Positions 1 through 12,532 of a stretch of DNA of 64,000 bases are shown here, one piece after another. Below the pieces are notes generated by a model, which was not told the origin of the DNA, made no database searches, and worked only from the letters and a program-made list of their open reading frames with translations. Origin of the DNA: Malacoraja senta (lineage: Eukaryota); assembly GCA_038087875.1 (NCBI GenBank), contig CM075990.1, forward strand, positions 2,668,001 through 2,732,000, written 5' to 3'. A program made the translations under genes and the position numbers. Every line of letters starts with the position of its first letter. Positions within the stretch are counted from its first letter, which is position 1.

Positions 1-929
1 ATTGTGTGAATGTTATTTGGACACTTAGGCTATTTAAAAATGTTAATCTATTCTTAAGAAATTGATAGATGTTTAGATCTAGTAATTGAATTTTGTAATT
101 AGCTACAATTAGGTAACTAACTAATTATATGCTTTACTTTCATGTCTTCTAAGTAAGATTGTTTCATATTTGTTTCAGAATGCTTCAATCTATAATAACT
201 GAAAATTTCTTTCAGTTATCTCAATTTTTAAGAAAGTTATGGGCTTTTAACTGTCCTCGATCACAGCTTTTGTGTTAAGTCAATGGAAAAGCAATAGGGA
301 ACAAGATGCTAATTTCCGAGTATGAAAATGGCCATAACTTCTTTAATACTGAAGATATGAAAGTGAATTAGGTGTCAAATTAAACTTCTTTTTATGCTTT
401 ATCTGATGGGATAAATGGCAGACTTTATTTTTAAAATCTCAAAATTTTGTAACTTTGCTACACATACTAGAGATAATTTACATTTATACCAAGCCAATTA
501 TTCTACAACCCGGGTCTCTGGCGCTGTGAGGCAGCAACTCTACCGCTGCACCACCGTGCCGCTCTCATGCCTCTTCATTGTTCATGAATTTAATTGTTCC
601 ATTTTGGTACATTTGACAATCAAACAATCTTGTCTCTTGTACTGTTGCAATGAAGGCCGAGTGAAGCTTGAAGAACAACCCCTCATCTTTTGCCTTGACC
701 TTGACAGCTTGCAACCTTTGGGACTCAGTATCAAGTTCTCCAATTTTAGGCAGCACACTCTATATCAGCCCATATATCACAGGGGGCGGCACAGTGACTC
801 AGTGGTAGAGCTGCTGCCTTACATTGCCAGAGCCCCGGGTTCGATCCTTCTGCAGATGCGCTGTAGAAAGCATTTTATCACGATGCATCACAGCACAGTT
901 TGGGAACAGCTCTATCCAAGATCACAAGA

Positions 930-1530
930 AATTGCAGAGAATTGTGGACGCAGCCCAGACCATCACACAAACCAACATCCCATCCATTGAGTAAGAAGGA
1001 ACTGCAGATAGACACAACAAGCTGGAGTAACTCAGCAGGACAGGCAGCATCTCTTGAGAGAAGGAATGCTGCCTGTCCCGCTGAGTTACTCCAGCTTGTT
1101 GTGTCTATCTCCCTTCTATAGACTCAATTTACACCTCACGTTGCCTCGGCAAGGCCAGCAGCATAATCAAGAACCAGTCTCACCCCGGTCACTCCCTCTT
1201 CTCCCCTCTCCCATCGGATAAAATGTATAGAAGTGTGAAAACGCAGACCTCCATATTCAGGGACAGTTTCTTCCCAGATGTTATCAGGCAACTGAATCAT
1301 CCTTCCAACAACTGGAGAGAAGTCCTGAGCTACTATCTACCTCATTGGAGACTCTCAGACTTTCGTTGATCGGACGTTACTGGACTTTATCTTGCACAAA
1401 ACATTATTTTCATTATTCCCTTTATCATGTATCAGTACACTGTGGGTGGCTTGATTGTAATCATGTATTGTCTTTCCGCTGGCTGGTTAGCAGGCAACAA
1501 ATGTTTTTCACTGTACACGTGACAATAAGC
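930..1530 (+). mobile_element. Rex1/Babar LINE 3' fragment, interrupted by a Penelope palindrome remnant
   Basis: LQRIVDAAQTITQTN..RCLGKASSIIK..HPGHSLFSPLPS motif and ttcactgtac...gtgacaataa tail. Confidence 0.8.
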
Positions 1531-1544
1531 ACTTGCCTCAACTA

Positions 1545-2475
1545 GGAGGAGGAGCCATCTTGGGGGAACGGCTGCTAACCAGCAGCTGTCCGTTAAATTC
1601 ACTTTTTTTTTTAGTTTTTAGTGAATTCTGTCTATGTTTGCTGGGGAATTTGACTTTTCATGTGGGGGGGTAATGGGGGAAACTATTTTCTAGGTCCCTA
1701 CCTGGTCGGTGAGGCAGCTTTTTCTCCGGGCTGTCCCGTCGGCCCGTCCTTGCGGCCTACCAGCGGGCCTGGAGCGGCGTTCCCTGGCGGGGACCGCCCA
1801 GCACCTTCAGCTTCGGTGGCGGCACAGCGCTGGAGCGCTATCGCGGAGTGGAGCGGGCGATGCATTGCCTGGGTCGCCGCGCTGGATCGACGCGCTGGAG
1901 CTCCAGTGAGCTGTGACCGGCGAGTTCAACACCTCCGGGCTGCGGGACTGCGGAGCGGCCAGCCGCGGGCGGCGGCACCGACTCTAACATCGGGAGCCTC
2001 GGAGCTCCTTGTCGGCTTCAGGGACCACGGACTCCGGTAGGGAATCGGCCGTTCCAGCCGTCCCAGCCTCTGTGAGGACTCTCCCGACGCCGGGGCAACT
2101 GCACCCGGCCAGAACGGCCAGGAGCATCGGGCCTCCGTAGAGGCAACTGTGGAGGCCTCAATCATCCCCCCACAGTGGTAATCATTGTGGGGGGATGATT
2201 TTTGTGTGTAAATGATTGTTTTATTCTGTCCAAGATGGCTGCCGGAAGGGAGAGTGGACGCTGGCGCGTTTTAGCTGCCGCTGCTCTCTCTTTCATATTG
2301 TGTTTTTGATTTGTGTTTTCGGATTGAATTCTGTCTTTAATTTGTGTACTCGTGATGTCTTTACTATTTATTTTATTCTGCTTACATGTTTTTACACTAT
2401 TTGTTAAACTTTGTAAGGTGTCCTTGAGACTTTTGAAAGGCGCCCATAAATAAAATTTATTATTATTATTATTAA
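1545..2475 (+). mobile_element. GC-rich non-autonomous retroelement with L2-type tail
   Basis: Ends gtaaggtgtccttgag...gaaaggcgcccataaataaaa(tta)n; no credible ORF; 5' module shared with the 24007 element. Confidence 0.65.
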
Positions 2476-2540
2476 TAAACTAAAAATGAATAAAACTGAA
2501 CTCAAGCGCAATGCTTGAGATCGCTGCACATACGAAGCTG

Positions 2541-2863
2541 CAGTCAACCACTGATTTTCCGGCACCTTCTGTTCCAGAGCCTTGCCGGACCAACAAAGAT
2601 CACGGCCTCGGAAGTCGGTTATGGGAACGGATCTGCCGGCTCCGGGCCGGGCCGGAGTTCCAGAGCCGCGGCCGTAGGGGGCTAATTCGACCCGCCGATC
2701 GGCCGCGGAAGTCCCGCTGAGGTCGAGATCGGCCGCCTCACCCGGCCTAGGCACCATATTTTCGGGGGGACTTCCGGGAGGATTTCAAGAGCGTTCTCCT
2801 AATTTTATCTGGATTAAAGGAGGTGCTGGATCACCGGTTGCCAGAAAATCAGTGGTGGAAGTG
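2541..2863. mobile_element. Tc1/mariner-pogo (Tigger-like) MITE
   Basis: Imperfect TIRs cagtcaaccactgattttccggca / tgccagaaaatcagtggtggaagtg, with TA on the right and TG on the left; GC-rich non-coding interior. Confidence 0.6.
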
Positions 2864-3057
2864 TACCAGCCTTCGGGCAAATCCAGCATTCAATGGCACC
2901 ATTTGAAAGAAGAACAAGGGAAATCGCCCGAGAATTCTTGGTCAATTCACTCCTCCGTCACATGGCTGAACCACTATTCTTGGGCCAGTGGTGTGATAAA
3001 TGTCGTAAATTACAACAGTGCCTATATTGAAAATCTATTTTTCAACCTATTTTGTAA

Positions 3058-3705
3058 TGTGGCACGGTGGCGCAGTGGTAGAGCTACTGCCTTAAGGGTC
3101 TGTCCCACTTTCCCGAGTTACTCACGAATTCTCCCAAGTTTTCCCCTTGATTCAAACTCGGAGAATGGTCGTAACGAGTCCGTAGGAGTCTGCGGATATA
3201 TCGTAGCGGCTCGTTATGCCAGTGGTAGGTACTCGGGGCATCAGGTCATTTGGGACGTTTTTTCGGCCTGATGAAAAATGTCCATGAGTAAATAAAAAGC
3301 CCCGATTACCTACGGCTGGCAGAATGAGCCGCTACGATATATCCACAGACTCCTACGGCCTCCTACAGACATTCTCCGAGTTTGAATCAAGGGGAAAACT
3401 CGGGAGAATTTGTAAGTAACTGGGGAAAGTGGGACAGGCCCTTTACAGCGCCAGAGACCCGCGTTCGATCACGACTACAGGTGCTGTCTGTACGGAGTTT
3501 GTATGTTCTCCCCGTCACCTGTGTGGGTTTTTCTCCATGGTGTACAGGTTTTGTAGGTTTATTGGTTTGGTATAAATGTAAAAATTGCCCCTGGAGTGTG
3601 TAGGATAGTGTTAGCGTGCGGGGATCGCTGGGCGGTGCGGACTCGGTGGGCCATGGAGCCTGTTTCCGCGCTGCATCTCTAAACTAAACTAAACTAAACT
3701 AAACT
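3058..3705 (+). mobile_element. tRNA-derived V-SINE (HE1-like), interrupted by a MITE
   Basis: A box tggcgcagtgg, B box gttcgatc, V-domain ggagtttgtatgttctccccgt, CR1-type tail plus (ctaaa)n. Confidence 0.85.
3095..3442. mobile_element. PIF/Harbinger-type MITE
   Basis: TIRs agggtctgtcccacttt / aaagtgggacaggccct with TTA duplicated on both sides; splits a SINE head at ctgcc-tta-cagcgcc. Confidence 0.88.
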
Positions 3706-3971
3706 GTCAAAGTTGGGAGCGATACATAGAATACAAAACATAGAACATAGAACAGAACCGCACAAGAGCAGGCCCATCAACCCATAAACACACTAAAATC
3801 TATCTTCTCCAGATACTAGATACCCATATACTAACGCCGCCAGACAAGGATGATCTCTGTATGATTATCTATCCCCAGTTCTTCCCCATGACCTTAACTA
3901 ACCCACCATTCATCACCTTAATCCACCTTAAGTCTGGAGTTTCTAGCCCACAAAGACCTGTTTATGTTTAA

Positions 3972-4209
3972 AGGGCCTGTCCCACTTTCACGACCTAATT
4001 CACGACCTTTTTTACTCGTGGACATTTTTCATCGGGCTAGAAAAAACGCCCCGACCTACTTGATGCCACGAGTACCTACGACCAGCATCACGACCTGCTA
4101 CGACCTCCCTACGACCTCCTACGACCTCGTGACGACCATGCTGCGAGTATGAGTCAAGGGCAAACTCGTCAGAGGTCGTGAATTAGGTCGTGAAAGTGGG
4201 ACAGGCCCT
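3972..4209. mobile_element. PIF/Harbinger-type MITE
   Basis: Long TIR agggcctgtcccactttcacgacctaattcacgacct with a TAA TSD; internal acgacc repeats. Confidence 0.9.
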
Positions 4210-5915
4210 TAAGAAGGAACTGCAGATGCTGGAAAATCGAAGGTAGACAAAAATGCTGCAGAAACTCAGCAGGTGAGGCAGCATCTATGGAGCGAAGGAA
4301 ATAGGCGACCTTTCGGGTCGAAACCCTTCTCATGTTCCTTTGGCCTTCTTCAAAATGCTGAAGATGACTTTTTCCAAATTTGACATCTGGCATGGCTCTT
4401 AATTGCTTCTTTTCAGACCTTTCCTCACTCTTTCAAAAGTGTTTCTGAGCGAAGATCAACGTGCTGGAGTAACTGGGTGGGTTGGGCAGCGTCAGTGGCG
4501 CATATGGATGGACAACGTTTCATGTCAGGGCTTTTCTTCAGTCCGAAGAAGGGTTCTGACACAAACCATCATCTGTCCATTCCAATGAGTCAATAATTCA
4601 ACGATTCAATGATAATATATTGTTACCTGTACCCAGGTACAGTGAGATTCTTTGCTTTTGCGTCTAATCTGGTAAAATCATACAGCGGACCTCACCAAGA
4701 TAGTACACAAAGAGTCGCCACGTGACTATTGCCGACAAAGTTATAAACAGTTTAGTGAACAGTCTATATTTCCTTGCAGTGACGAACCTGGCATGAGATA
4801 GCAGGCCGGCCCCTCACCAGGTTCCCCTTTGATCTCGGCTTCCCCCTCGCTGGGTCCCCCTTCATTCTCGGCCATCTGTTGATCCCTCCACAGACGCTGC
4901 CTGACCGGCTGAGTTCATCCAGCAATAGGCACAAAAAGCTGGAGTAACTCAGCGGGACAGGCAGCATCTCTGGGTGGTAGGAATGGGTGACGTTTCGGGC
5001 CGAGACCCTTCTTCAGGCTGAGAGTCAGGGGAGAGGGAGATACAGAGGTAAGGAAGTGTAAGGTGTGAAAACGAGACAAAGGGGATGGAGATCAAGGAAA
5101 ATGCAGCAAACAGAGATAAAATGTAAACGAGGACGGTCAGACTAGTCGGAGAAATGGGAAGGGGGGGAGGGATGGAGAGAGAGAGGGAAGGCAAAAGTTA
5201 CATGAAGTTAGAGAAGTCAATATTCATACAGCTGAGGTGTAAGTTCCTCCGGCACTTTGTTTGATACTCACTTTCCAGCATCTATAGTTTCCTGTCTCTC
5301 CCCGCATCTAAACAGAATTGCATTTCACCTGCATTAATTTTCGCGTCGTCCCAAATTCCATTGTCCAACTCTCACACTATTTTCCGTCTTGCTCTGTTAA
5401 TTAAGATATCCATTGTGCTCCTGCCTTAGGCTTGCCCTGTTTGAAGTCTCCCACAATGTATGCTTTAAGAATAAGGGATAAGCCATTTAGAACGGAGATG
5501 AGGAAAAATCTTTTCACACAGAGGGTTGTGAATCTGTGGAATTCTCTGCCTTAGAAGGCTGTGGAGGCCAATTCTCCTGATGCTTTTAAGAGAGAGTTAG
5601 ATAGAGCTCTTAAAGATAGCGGAGTCAGGGGAGTTTCTCCAGCATTTTTTGTCTACTACTGATTGTGGATGATCAGCCATGATCACAGCGAATGGCGGTG
5701 CTGGATTGAAGGGCCGAATGGCCTACTCCTGCACCTATTCTCTATTGTCTGTTCTATGTGCATCAGAGTCTCCCTTCTGATCCTCACCAACTCTGAGAAC
5801 AGTTCCATTTCTTCTCCAGGGTCTGCCTTTTGTGATCCATCATGGTGGCGCAGCGGTAGAGTTGCTGCCTTCCACGCTGTAACACTAAACTAAACCAAAC
5901 TAAATATTGAGTCTG

Positions 5916-6130
5916 TGTAGGAAGGAACTGCAGATGCTGGTTGAAAGACACAAAATGCTGGAGTAACTCAGCAGGATTGGCAGCATCTCTGGAGAGAAGG
6001 AATGGGTGACATTTTGGATCGAGACCCTTCTCCAGTCTGAAGTACGATCTCGAATCGAAATGTCACCCATTCTTTCTCTCCAGAGATGCTGCCTGACCTG
6101 CTGAGTTACTCCAGCATTTTGTGTCTATCT
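5916..6130. repeat. Penelope-pLTR-derived palindromic cassette
   Basis: agacacaaaatgctggagtaactcagcagg...cagtctg...cctgctgagttactccagcattttgtgtct; arms about 90 bp. Confidence 0.8.
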
Positions 6131-6142
6131 GGAAATTGAGTC

Positions 6143-6652
6143 AATAGACAATAGACAATAGGTGCAGGAGTAGGCCATTTGGCCCTTCAATGTGATCATG
6201 GCTGATCATCCCCAATCAGTACCGCGTTCCTGCCTTCTCCCCATATCCCCTGACTCCGCTATTTTTAAGAGCCCTATCTAGCTCTCTCTTGAAAGCATCC
6301 AGAGAACCTGCTTCCACCGCCCTCTGAGGAAGAGAATTCCACAGACTCACCACTCTCTGTGTGAAAAAGTGTTTCCTCGTCTCTGTTCTAAATGGCTTAT
6401 TCCTTATTCTTAAACTGTGGCCCCTGGTTCTGGACTCCCCCAACATCGGGAACATGTTTCCTGCCTCTAGCGTGTCCAAGCCTTTAACAATCTTATATGG
6501 TTCAATGAGATGCCCTCTCATCCTTCTAAACTCCAGAGTGTACAAGCCCAGCTGCTCCATTCTCTCAGCATATGACAGTCCCGCCATCCCGGGAATTAAC
6601 CTTGTAAACCTACGCTGCACTCCCTCAATAGCAAGAATGTCCTTCCTGAAAT
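6143..6652 (-). mobile_element. CR1 (HER1-like) LINE 3' end
   Basis: RKDILAIEGVQRRFTRLIPGMAGLSY...LYTLEFRRMRG...SRTRGHSLRI...FFTQRVVSLWNSLP, then 3' UTR with (attgtct)n tail. Confidence 0.92.
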
Positions 6653-7029
6653 TAGATCTGATCAGTATGGTTTCACAATGTAGAAATCCTTCAAACTCAT
6701 GCGTTTTCACCAGTAGTCTCTCCACAGTACCCCTCCTCCTGCCAAAATGACCCCAGCAACAACTCATACCTAACTCCTGCTCTTCCTCAGTGATTTCATC
6801 TGTTGGATTTCCATTTATATGCTGAAAACTCCCAACTCCAGCCATCCACTCTAAGACCACAACAATGTCCGCCCAACATTACTTTGTGGATAAACCAATA
6901 TTTCCTCTGATTGACAATGGAAAGACTAACAGCAATAACAAGGAACTGCCAATGCTGGTTTATACCAAAGATAGACACAAAATACTGGAATAATTCAGCG
7001 TGACAGGCAGCATCACTGGAGAAAATGGT

Positions 7030-7205
7030 CCCGAACATGGACGTTACAGTTTTCAGGCTCCTGTACCTTCTTCCCGATGGCAGGGGTGAAATGAGTGCGT
7101 GGCCAGGGTGGTGTGGCTCTCTGATGCTGCTGGCTGCCTTTGTGAGGCAGCGACTCCTGTAGATCCCTTCGATGGTGGGGAGGTCAGTACCCGTGATGGA
7201 CCGGA
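7030..7205 (-). mobile_element. Rex1/Babar LINE fragment
   Basis: SITGTDLPTIEGIYRSRCLTKAASSIREPHHPGHALISPLPSGRRYRSLKT; same family at about 32870-33070 and 54320-54975. Confidence 0.78.
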
Positions 7206-7847
7206 GCAGTGAGCACCACTTTTTTGCAGTCTTCTTCATTCCTGTATGTTTGAGGGTGGAGATGGCTTTTTGCAAACATCGGCGTTTTCAAACTGACCAG
7301 TTACATTAATGAGCCATTGCATTGAACTTTAATAGAAATATGCATTTAAGCTAAAAACAAAACATATCTGGTTACAAATTTAAACTTTAAATGATGATTT
7401 TGGTCTTTTCACAGACTTAAGTACAGCACAGATTCAAAAAAGTGCAGGAGCACTAATTTCTAATAACTTCAATACTGTCATAGAAATCCATTCGCTTTAT
7501 TTTCCTCTTGGAAATCTGTCGCATTCATTTTTGTCACCAGACACTTTCATATTGTCTGACTTTCTCACCTAACTGCTTAGCAAACAGTTCAAGTCAGACA
7601 AGTTGCAAACCAAAATAGTTCTCACAGTGAGGTCAAACGCAAATTGGAGGAACAGCACAGCAGCACGGTGGCGCAACGGTAGAGTTGCTGCCTTACAGTG
7701 CTCGCAGCACCGGAGACCCGGGTTCAATCCCGACCACGGGTGCTGTCTGTACGGAGTTAGTACATTCTTCCCGTGACCTGCGTGGGTTGTCTCCGGGTGC
7801 TCTAATTTCCTCCCACCCTCCGAAGACGAACAGGTATATAGGTAAAT

Positions 7848-8268
7848 TTCGCCGAACACCTCCGCTCGGTCCGCATTAACCAACCTGATCTCCCGGTGGC
7901 TCAGCACTTCAACTCCCCCTCCATTCCGAATCCGACCTCTCTGTCCTGGGCCTCCTCCATGGGCAGAGTGAGCACCACCGGAAATTGGAGGAGCAGCACC
8001 TCATATTCCGCTTGGGCAGTCTGCACCCTTGCGGCATAAATATTTAATTCTCCAATTTCCGGTAGCCCTTGCTGTCTCCTCCCCTTCTCAGCTCTCCCTC
8101 AGCCCTCGAGCTCCTCCTCTTCCATTTTCCTTTCTTCTCCCCCCCCCCATCCCCCCCCCCCCACCCTGCATCAGTCTGAAGAAGGGTTTCGGCCCGAAAC
8201 GTTGCCTATTTCCTTCGCTCCATAGATGCTGCTGGACCCGCTGAGTTTCTCCAGCACTTTTGTCTACC
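7848..8268 (+). mobile_element. Penelope-like element 3' end (GIY-YIG C-terminus plus pLTR with hammerhead motif)
   Basis: FAEHLRSVRINQPDLPVAQHFNSPSHSESDLSVLGLLHGQSEHHRKLEEQHLIFRLGSLHP, followed by ctgaagaagggtttcggcccgaaacgtt at 8176-8203. Confidence 0.88.
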
Positions 8269-8669
8269 TAAAATTCTTAAGGGATTGGATAGGCTAGATG
8301 CAGGAAAAATGTTCCCGATGTTGGGGGAGTCCAGAACCAAGGGTCACAGTGTAAGAATAAAGGGTAGGCCATTTGGGACTGAGATGAGGAAAAGCTTTTT
8401 CACCCATGGAATTGTGAATTTGTTGAATTATTTGCCAGAAGGCAGTGAAGGCCAATTCACTGGATGTATTCAAGAAAGTTAGATTTAGCTCTTGGGGCTA
8501 ACGGAATCAAGGGATCTGGGGAGAAAGCAGGAACGGGGTACTGATTTTGGATGATCAGCCATGATCATATTGAATGGTGAAGCTGGCTCGAAGGGCCGAA
8601 TGTCCTACTCCTGCACCTATTTTCTATGTTTCTATGCTGCCTAACCTACCGAGTATTACCTCCGTTTTC

Positions 8670-9390
8670 TGTTGTTAGGTTCATAATTTTTTTTAATCTT
8701 AACCGTCGGTCCATGGCTATCCCCCGGCAACAGGCCTGGCTCGCCAGCCGCGGAACCGGGAAACCCACCTGGAGAGGGAATCCGCCGAGCCCGGCCCTTG
8801 CTCGAACCCTGAGGACCGGAGAACCAGAGAGGTGGGTGGACGGTGTTGGCGACGGCAGTGGATGCAAGAACAAAGGGCCAGTGAGAGGGAACCGAGGGTC
8901 TCACGTTCTGCGGCCTCACGGTGGGCTGCGGGAGGCGCCCCTCCCTCCCCTGGGCCGCAAAGGCTGAAGGAGGCCGGGCGAGGAGAGGGACGATGGTTCA
9001 CTGGACGATCCAGATGGAGGCGACGGATGGAGGCCCTGCAGCAGCCTGGGGCTCGCCTGGATCGGGACCCGCTCCAGGAGACCCAGCGAGCGGACCGGAC
9101 GCGGCCTGCAGCGTCACGGAGCGGTGGAGGATGACTACAGCCTCACTTGGCCAGGCCGTCCCTGCAATGCCGCCAGGACAACAGGCCCTTATGGCCAGTT
9201 GCAGCTCAGACTTTGTAAATGGCACCAAAAGCAGGTGACTTGTCCAAGGTCCCAGTTGGCTATTTCTATAAACTTTGTACTTAATCAGGGATTGTGCTTA
9301 TGTATAGTAATAATTTACTGAACTGTATGCAATAAAAATAATTTCACTGTACCACGGTACATGTGATGATAAAGAACCATTGAACCATTG
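8670..9390 (+). mobile_element. GC-rich non-autonomous retroelement with Rex1-type tail
   Basis: Ends atttcactgtaccacggtacatgtgatgataaag(aaccattg)n; related piece at about 56200-56520 on the minus strand. Confidence 0.55.
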
Positions 9391-9729
9391 GGCCTTTGCT
9401 CACCTAAGTCTGGCTATTAGCAGTCCAAAACACAAAGTGCTTGAGTAACACTGGAGATCATCGATGGATATGCTCTCTGACCCGCTGAGTTCCTCCAACA
9501 CTTTGTGTTTTGGTAAAGGCTGGGGCAGCACGGTGGCGCAGCGGTAGAGTTGCTTCCTTACAGTGCCAGAGACGTGGGTTAAATCCTGACCTCAGCTGCT
9601 GTCTGTATGGAGTTTGAACATTCTCCCAGTGACCACGTGGGTTATATTCTAAATTCTCACTTACTCCAAAGACGCGGAGGTTTGTAGGTTAATTGGCTTC
9701 CATAAACAAATTGTAAATTGTCGCTGGTG

Positions 9730-10315
9730 GGAGGTAATGCTGAGGCTCTATAAGGCACTGGTCAGGCCGTATTTGGAGTATTGTGAGCAATTCTGGGCAC
9801 CATATCTGAGGAAGTATGTGCTGGCTCTAGAGAGGGTCCAGAGGACGTTTATGAGAATGATGCCAGGAATGAGTGGGTTAACATATAATGAGCGTTTGAC
9901 AGCACTGGGCCTGTACTCGCTGGAGTTTAGGAGGATGAGGGGGACCTCATTGAAACTTACCGAACAGTGAAAGGCCTGGATAGAGTGGATGAGGAGAGGA
10001 TGTTTCCACTAGTGGGAGAGTCCAGGACTAGATGTCATGGCCTCAGAATTAAAGGACGTTCCTTTAGGAAGGAGATGAGGAGGAATTTCTTTAATCAGAG
10101 GGTGGTGATCCTATAGAATTCTTTGTCACAGAAGGCTGTCAATGGATATTTTTATGGCAGGGATAGATAAATTCTTGATTAGTACGGGTGTCAGGGGTTA
10201 TGGGGAGAAGGCAGGAGAATGGGGTTAGGAGGGAAAGATAGATCAGCCATGATTGAATGTTGGAGTAGACGATGGGCTAAATGGCCAAATTCTGCTCCTA
10301 TCACATAATCTTCTG
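9730..10315 (+). mobile_element. CR1 LINE 3' end
   Basis: MLRLYKALVRPYLEYCEQFWAPYLRK..LALERVQR...LYSLEFRRMRG plus 3' UTR. Confidence 0.9.
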
Positions 10316-10429
10316 ACCTTAGTCTGTCGTCATATTGCTTAGTAGGACTGGATGTTACAATCCCTAAGGTTCGTCACCACAACTGACACCCGGTATTCTT
10401 GCGGGTAACCACTAGGTGATTTTGCTACC

Positions 10430-10955
10430 AATCAGACACATCTTCAGTTGTGTACCTCAACGTCACTGGGTGTTTCGGCCTTTTATCACAAGACACCCTC
10501 AGTTGAGGCAGGCCCACCGCAGGGTGATCAGCCCTGGGTGTGTGTCTTATGGTTAGCCTCTAGATGGTCACGTGGCAGCCCAGACACCATCTTTTCTCTT
10601 CAGCCACAGCCAGTGACTGCTCCATTCTGCTTTTTTCCTTCCATCTTCCTCTCTACCGCTGACTGTGGCTGGTTGGGCTCTGGACCCGTGTCTGTTGGTG
10701 GGACAGTACTTGGTTGAGCTTCTCCTGGGATGCTGATACCCTGTGGACTGTGGTGGTTAACTTGCCACTGGGCTTCACTCGACTGATTTGGCCTACCTCT
10801 TAGAAGGTAATGGTAAATGCGAGGTGTGGTGGTTAACCTTCTGTGGCCCAAAGCAGCCTCTAATGCCTCAGCCACCTTTACCGGTGGCAAATTCAATACC
10901 ATCTTCTCTAGCCCCAGCTAGTCGTCAGATACTTGGCTAATGGTCCAGGCAAGCC
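10430..10955 (-). mobile_element. HERO-like (R2-group) non-LTR retrotransposon remnant
   Basis: 10568-10630 encodes AEWSSHWLWLKRKDGVWAAT*, then ...gagggtgtcttgtgataaaaggccgaaacaccca...actgaagatgtgtc. Both resemble the HERO C-terminus and 3' UTR as I recall them. The left boundary is better defined than the right. Confidence 0.62.
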
Positions 10956-12332
10956 TTCAATATCAAGATACAAGTGTCTCAGGTGCTGCTTTACAACAAA
11001 GGTGCTGGAGTAAGTTCATAAGCTCGTAAGACATAGGCCCAGAATTGGTCCATTCGGCCCATCAAATCTGCTCCGACATTCAATCATGTCTGATATACTA
11101 TGCCCTCTCAACCCCATGCTCCCCTTCCACACCCGTATTAATCAAGAACGTATCAATCTCCGCTTTAACTCAGCGGGTCAGGCAGCTTTCTTGGATACAG
11201 CCGATGTTTCAGGTCTGGACTCTTCTCCAGAACTGCAGTAACCCTGCCTTAAGGTTAAGATTATGGCGGCACGGTGGTGCAGTGACAGAGTTGCATCCTC
11301 ACAGCGCCAGAGACTCGGGTTCAATTCTGACTAGGGGTGCTGTCTGTACGGAGTTTGTACGTTCTCCCCGTGACCTGCGTGGGTTTCCTCCCTCACGCAA
11401 AGACGTCCAGATTTGAAGGCTAATTGGCTTGGTATCATTGTAAATTATCCCTAGTGTGCATAGGATGGTGTTAGTGTGCGGGGATCGCTGATCGGCGCAG
11501 ACTTGGTGGGCCGAAGGGCCTGTTTCCGCGCTGTATCTCTAAACTAAACTAAAAGTTGGTTTTCATTTTAGGTGGCAATGGCAACACTTTGAGGTGGCCG
11601 GTATGTTGCAATGAGCTGGAAAGGAGAATACAGGATGTCATCCCTGTTTAAACTAAACTAAACTAAACTAAACTAAATTAACCCCCTTGATTAACCCTGC
11701 CTAAATGTAACTGTTTCTGCCCTGTTTCACCAAGGCACACTTGGATAAGGTAACTCACATTATCACCCTGTTCCTCCTTGCACAAAAGCATGCACTACCG
11801 CCCTACTGAAATCTTTTAGACAGTCAGATAGAGAATATCGACAGCTCTTGTTATAAATTAACTTGTTACGATGCAGTTAGTTGTGTAACATTATTGAACA
11901 GTCTCGGCAATAGAACCGTCAATTGTATCACCAAATGGTGTTCTGTGCCAGCTCAGTGTGTACTTATCCATATTAGCTGGCTAATACTATTAACACATAT
12001 GTATCAGCGAAAATGAATCACATGGCTGTAACTACACTTTGGAATTACCGCATTAAACACAATATTCAATACCCCATACCCTGGGAAGGCTGCAAACTAT
12101 GTCATGGTTGGGAGCTTCCAATATTTGCAGTGAGTATTTGGAGGTAACAAATGGGTTGGTTTGTGCAGAATATTCAAGCCCTTTTAAACATAACCAAGAT
12201 TCAATTTAAATTACTGATAACTTCCAAATCCAATTTCCCTCCCTGACCCAAGTCGTTGTACCAGCGTCAAAGTGGTCTTGTTGAGTCTCATTGCCTGTAA
12301 CTCGTTTTCACCTAGTCCCTAGCTAACGATGG

Positions 12333-12532
12333 TAGACAAAAATGCTGTAGAAACTCAGCGGGTGAGGCAGCATCAATGGAGCGAAGGAAATAGGCGACGT
12401 TTCGGGTCAAGGCCCTTCTTCAGTCTGAAGAAGGGTTTCGATCCGAAATGTTGTCTATTTCCTTCGCTCCATAGATGCTGCCTCACCCGCTGAGTTTCTC
12501 CAGCATTTTTGCTACCTTTGATTTTCCAGCAT
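12333..12532. repeat. Penelope-pLTR-derived palindromic cassette (second subfamily)
   Basis: caaaaatgctgtagaaactcagcgggtgaggcagcatc...cccttcttcagtctgaagaaggg...gatgctgcctcacccgctgagtttctccagcatttttg. Confidence 0.82.

Noticed and set aside
1..458. AT-rich block resembling a DNA-transposon or Helentron interior
   Set aside because: It is truncated by the window edge with no termini visible, so it cannot be classified.
8626..9321. Cluster of overlapping GC-rich ORFs or a CpG-island promoter (also 1660-2165 and 24221-24507)
   Set aside because: They lie within retroelement bodies ending in LINE-type tails; high GC explains the open frames.
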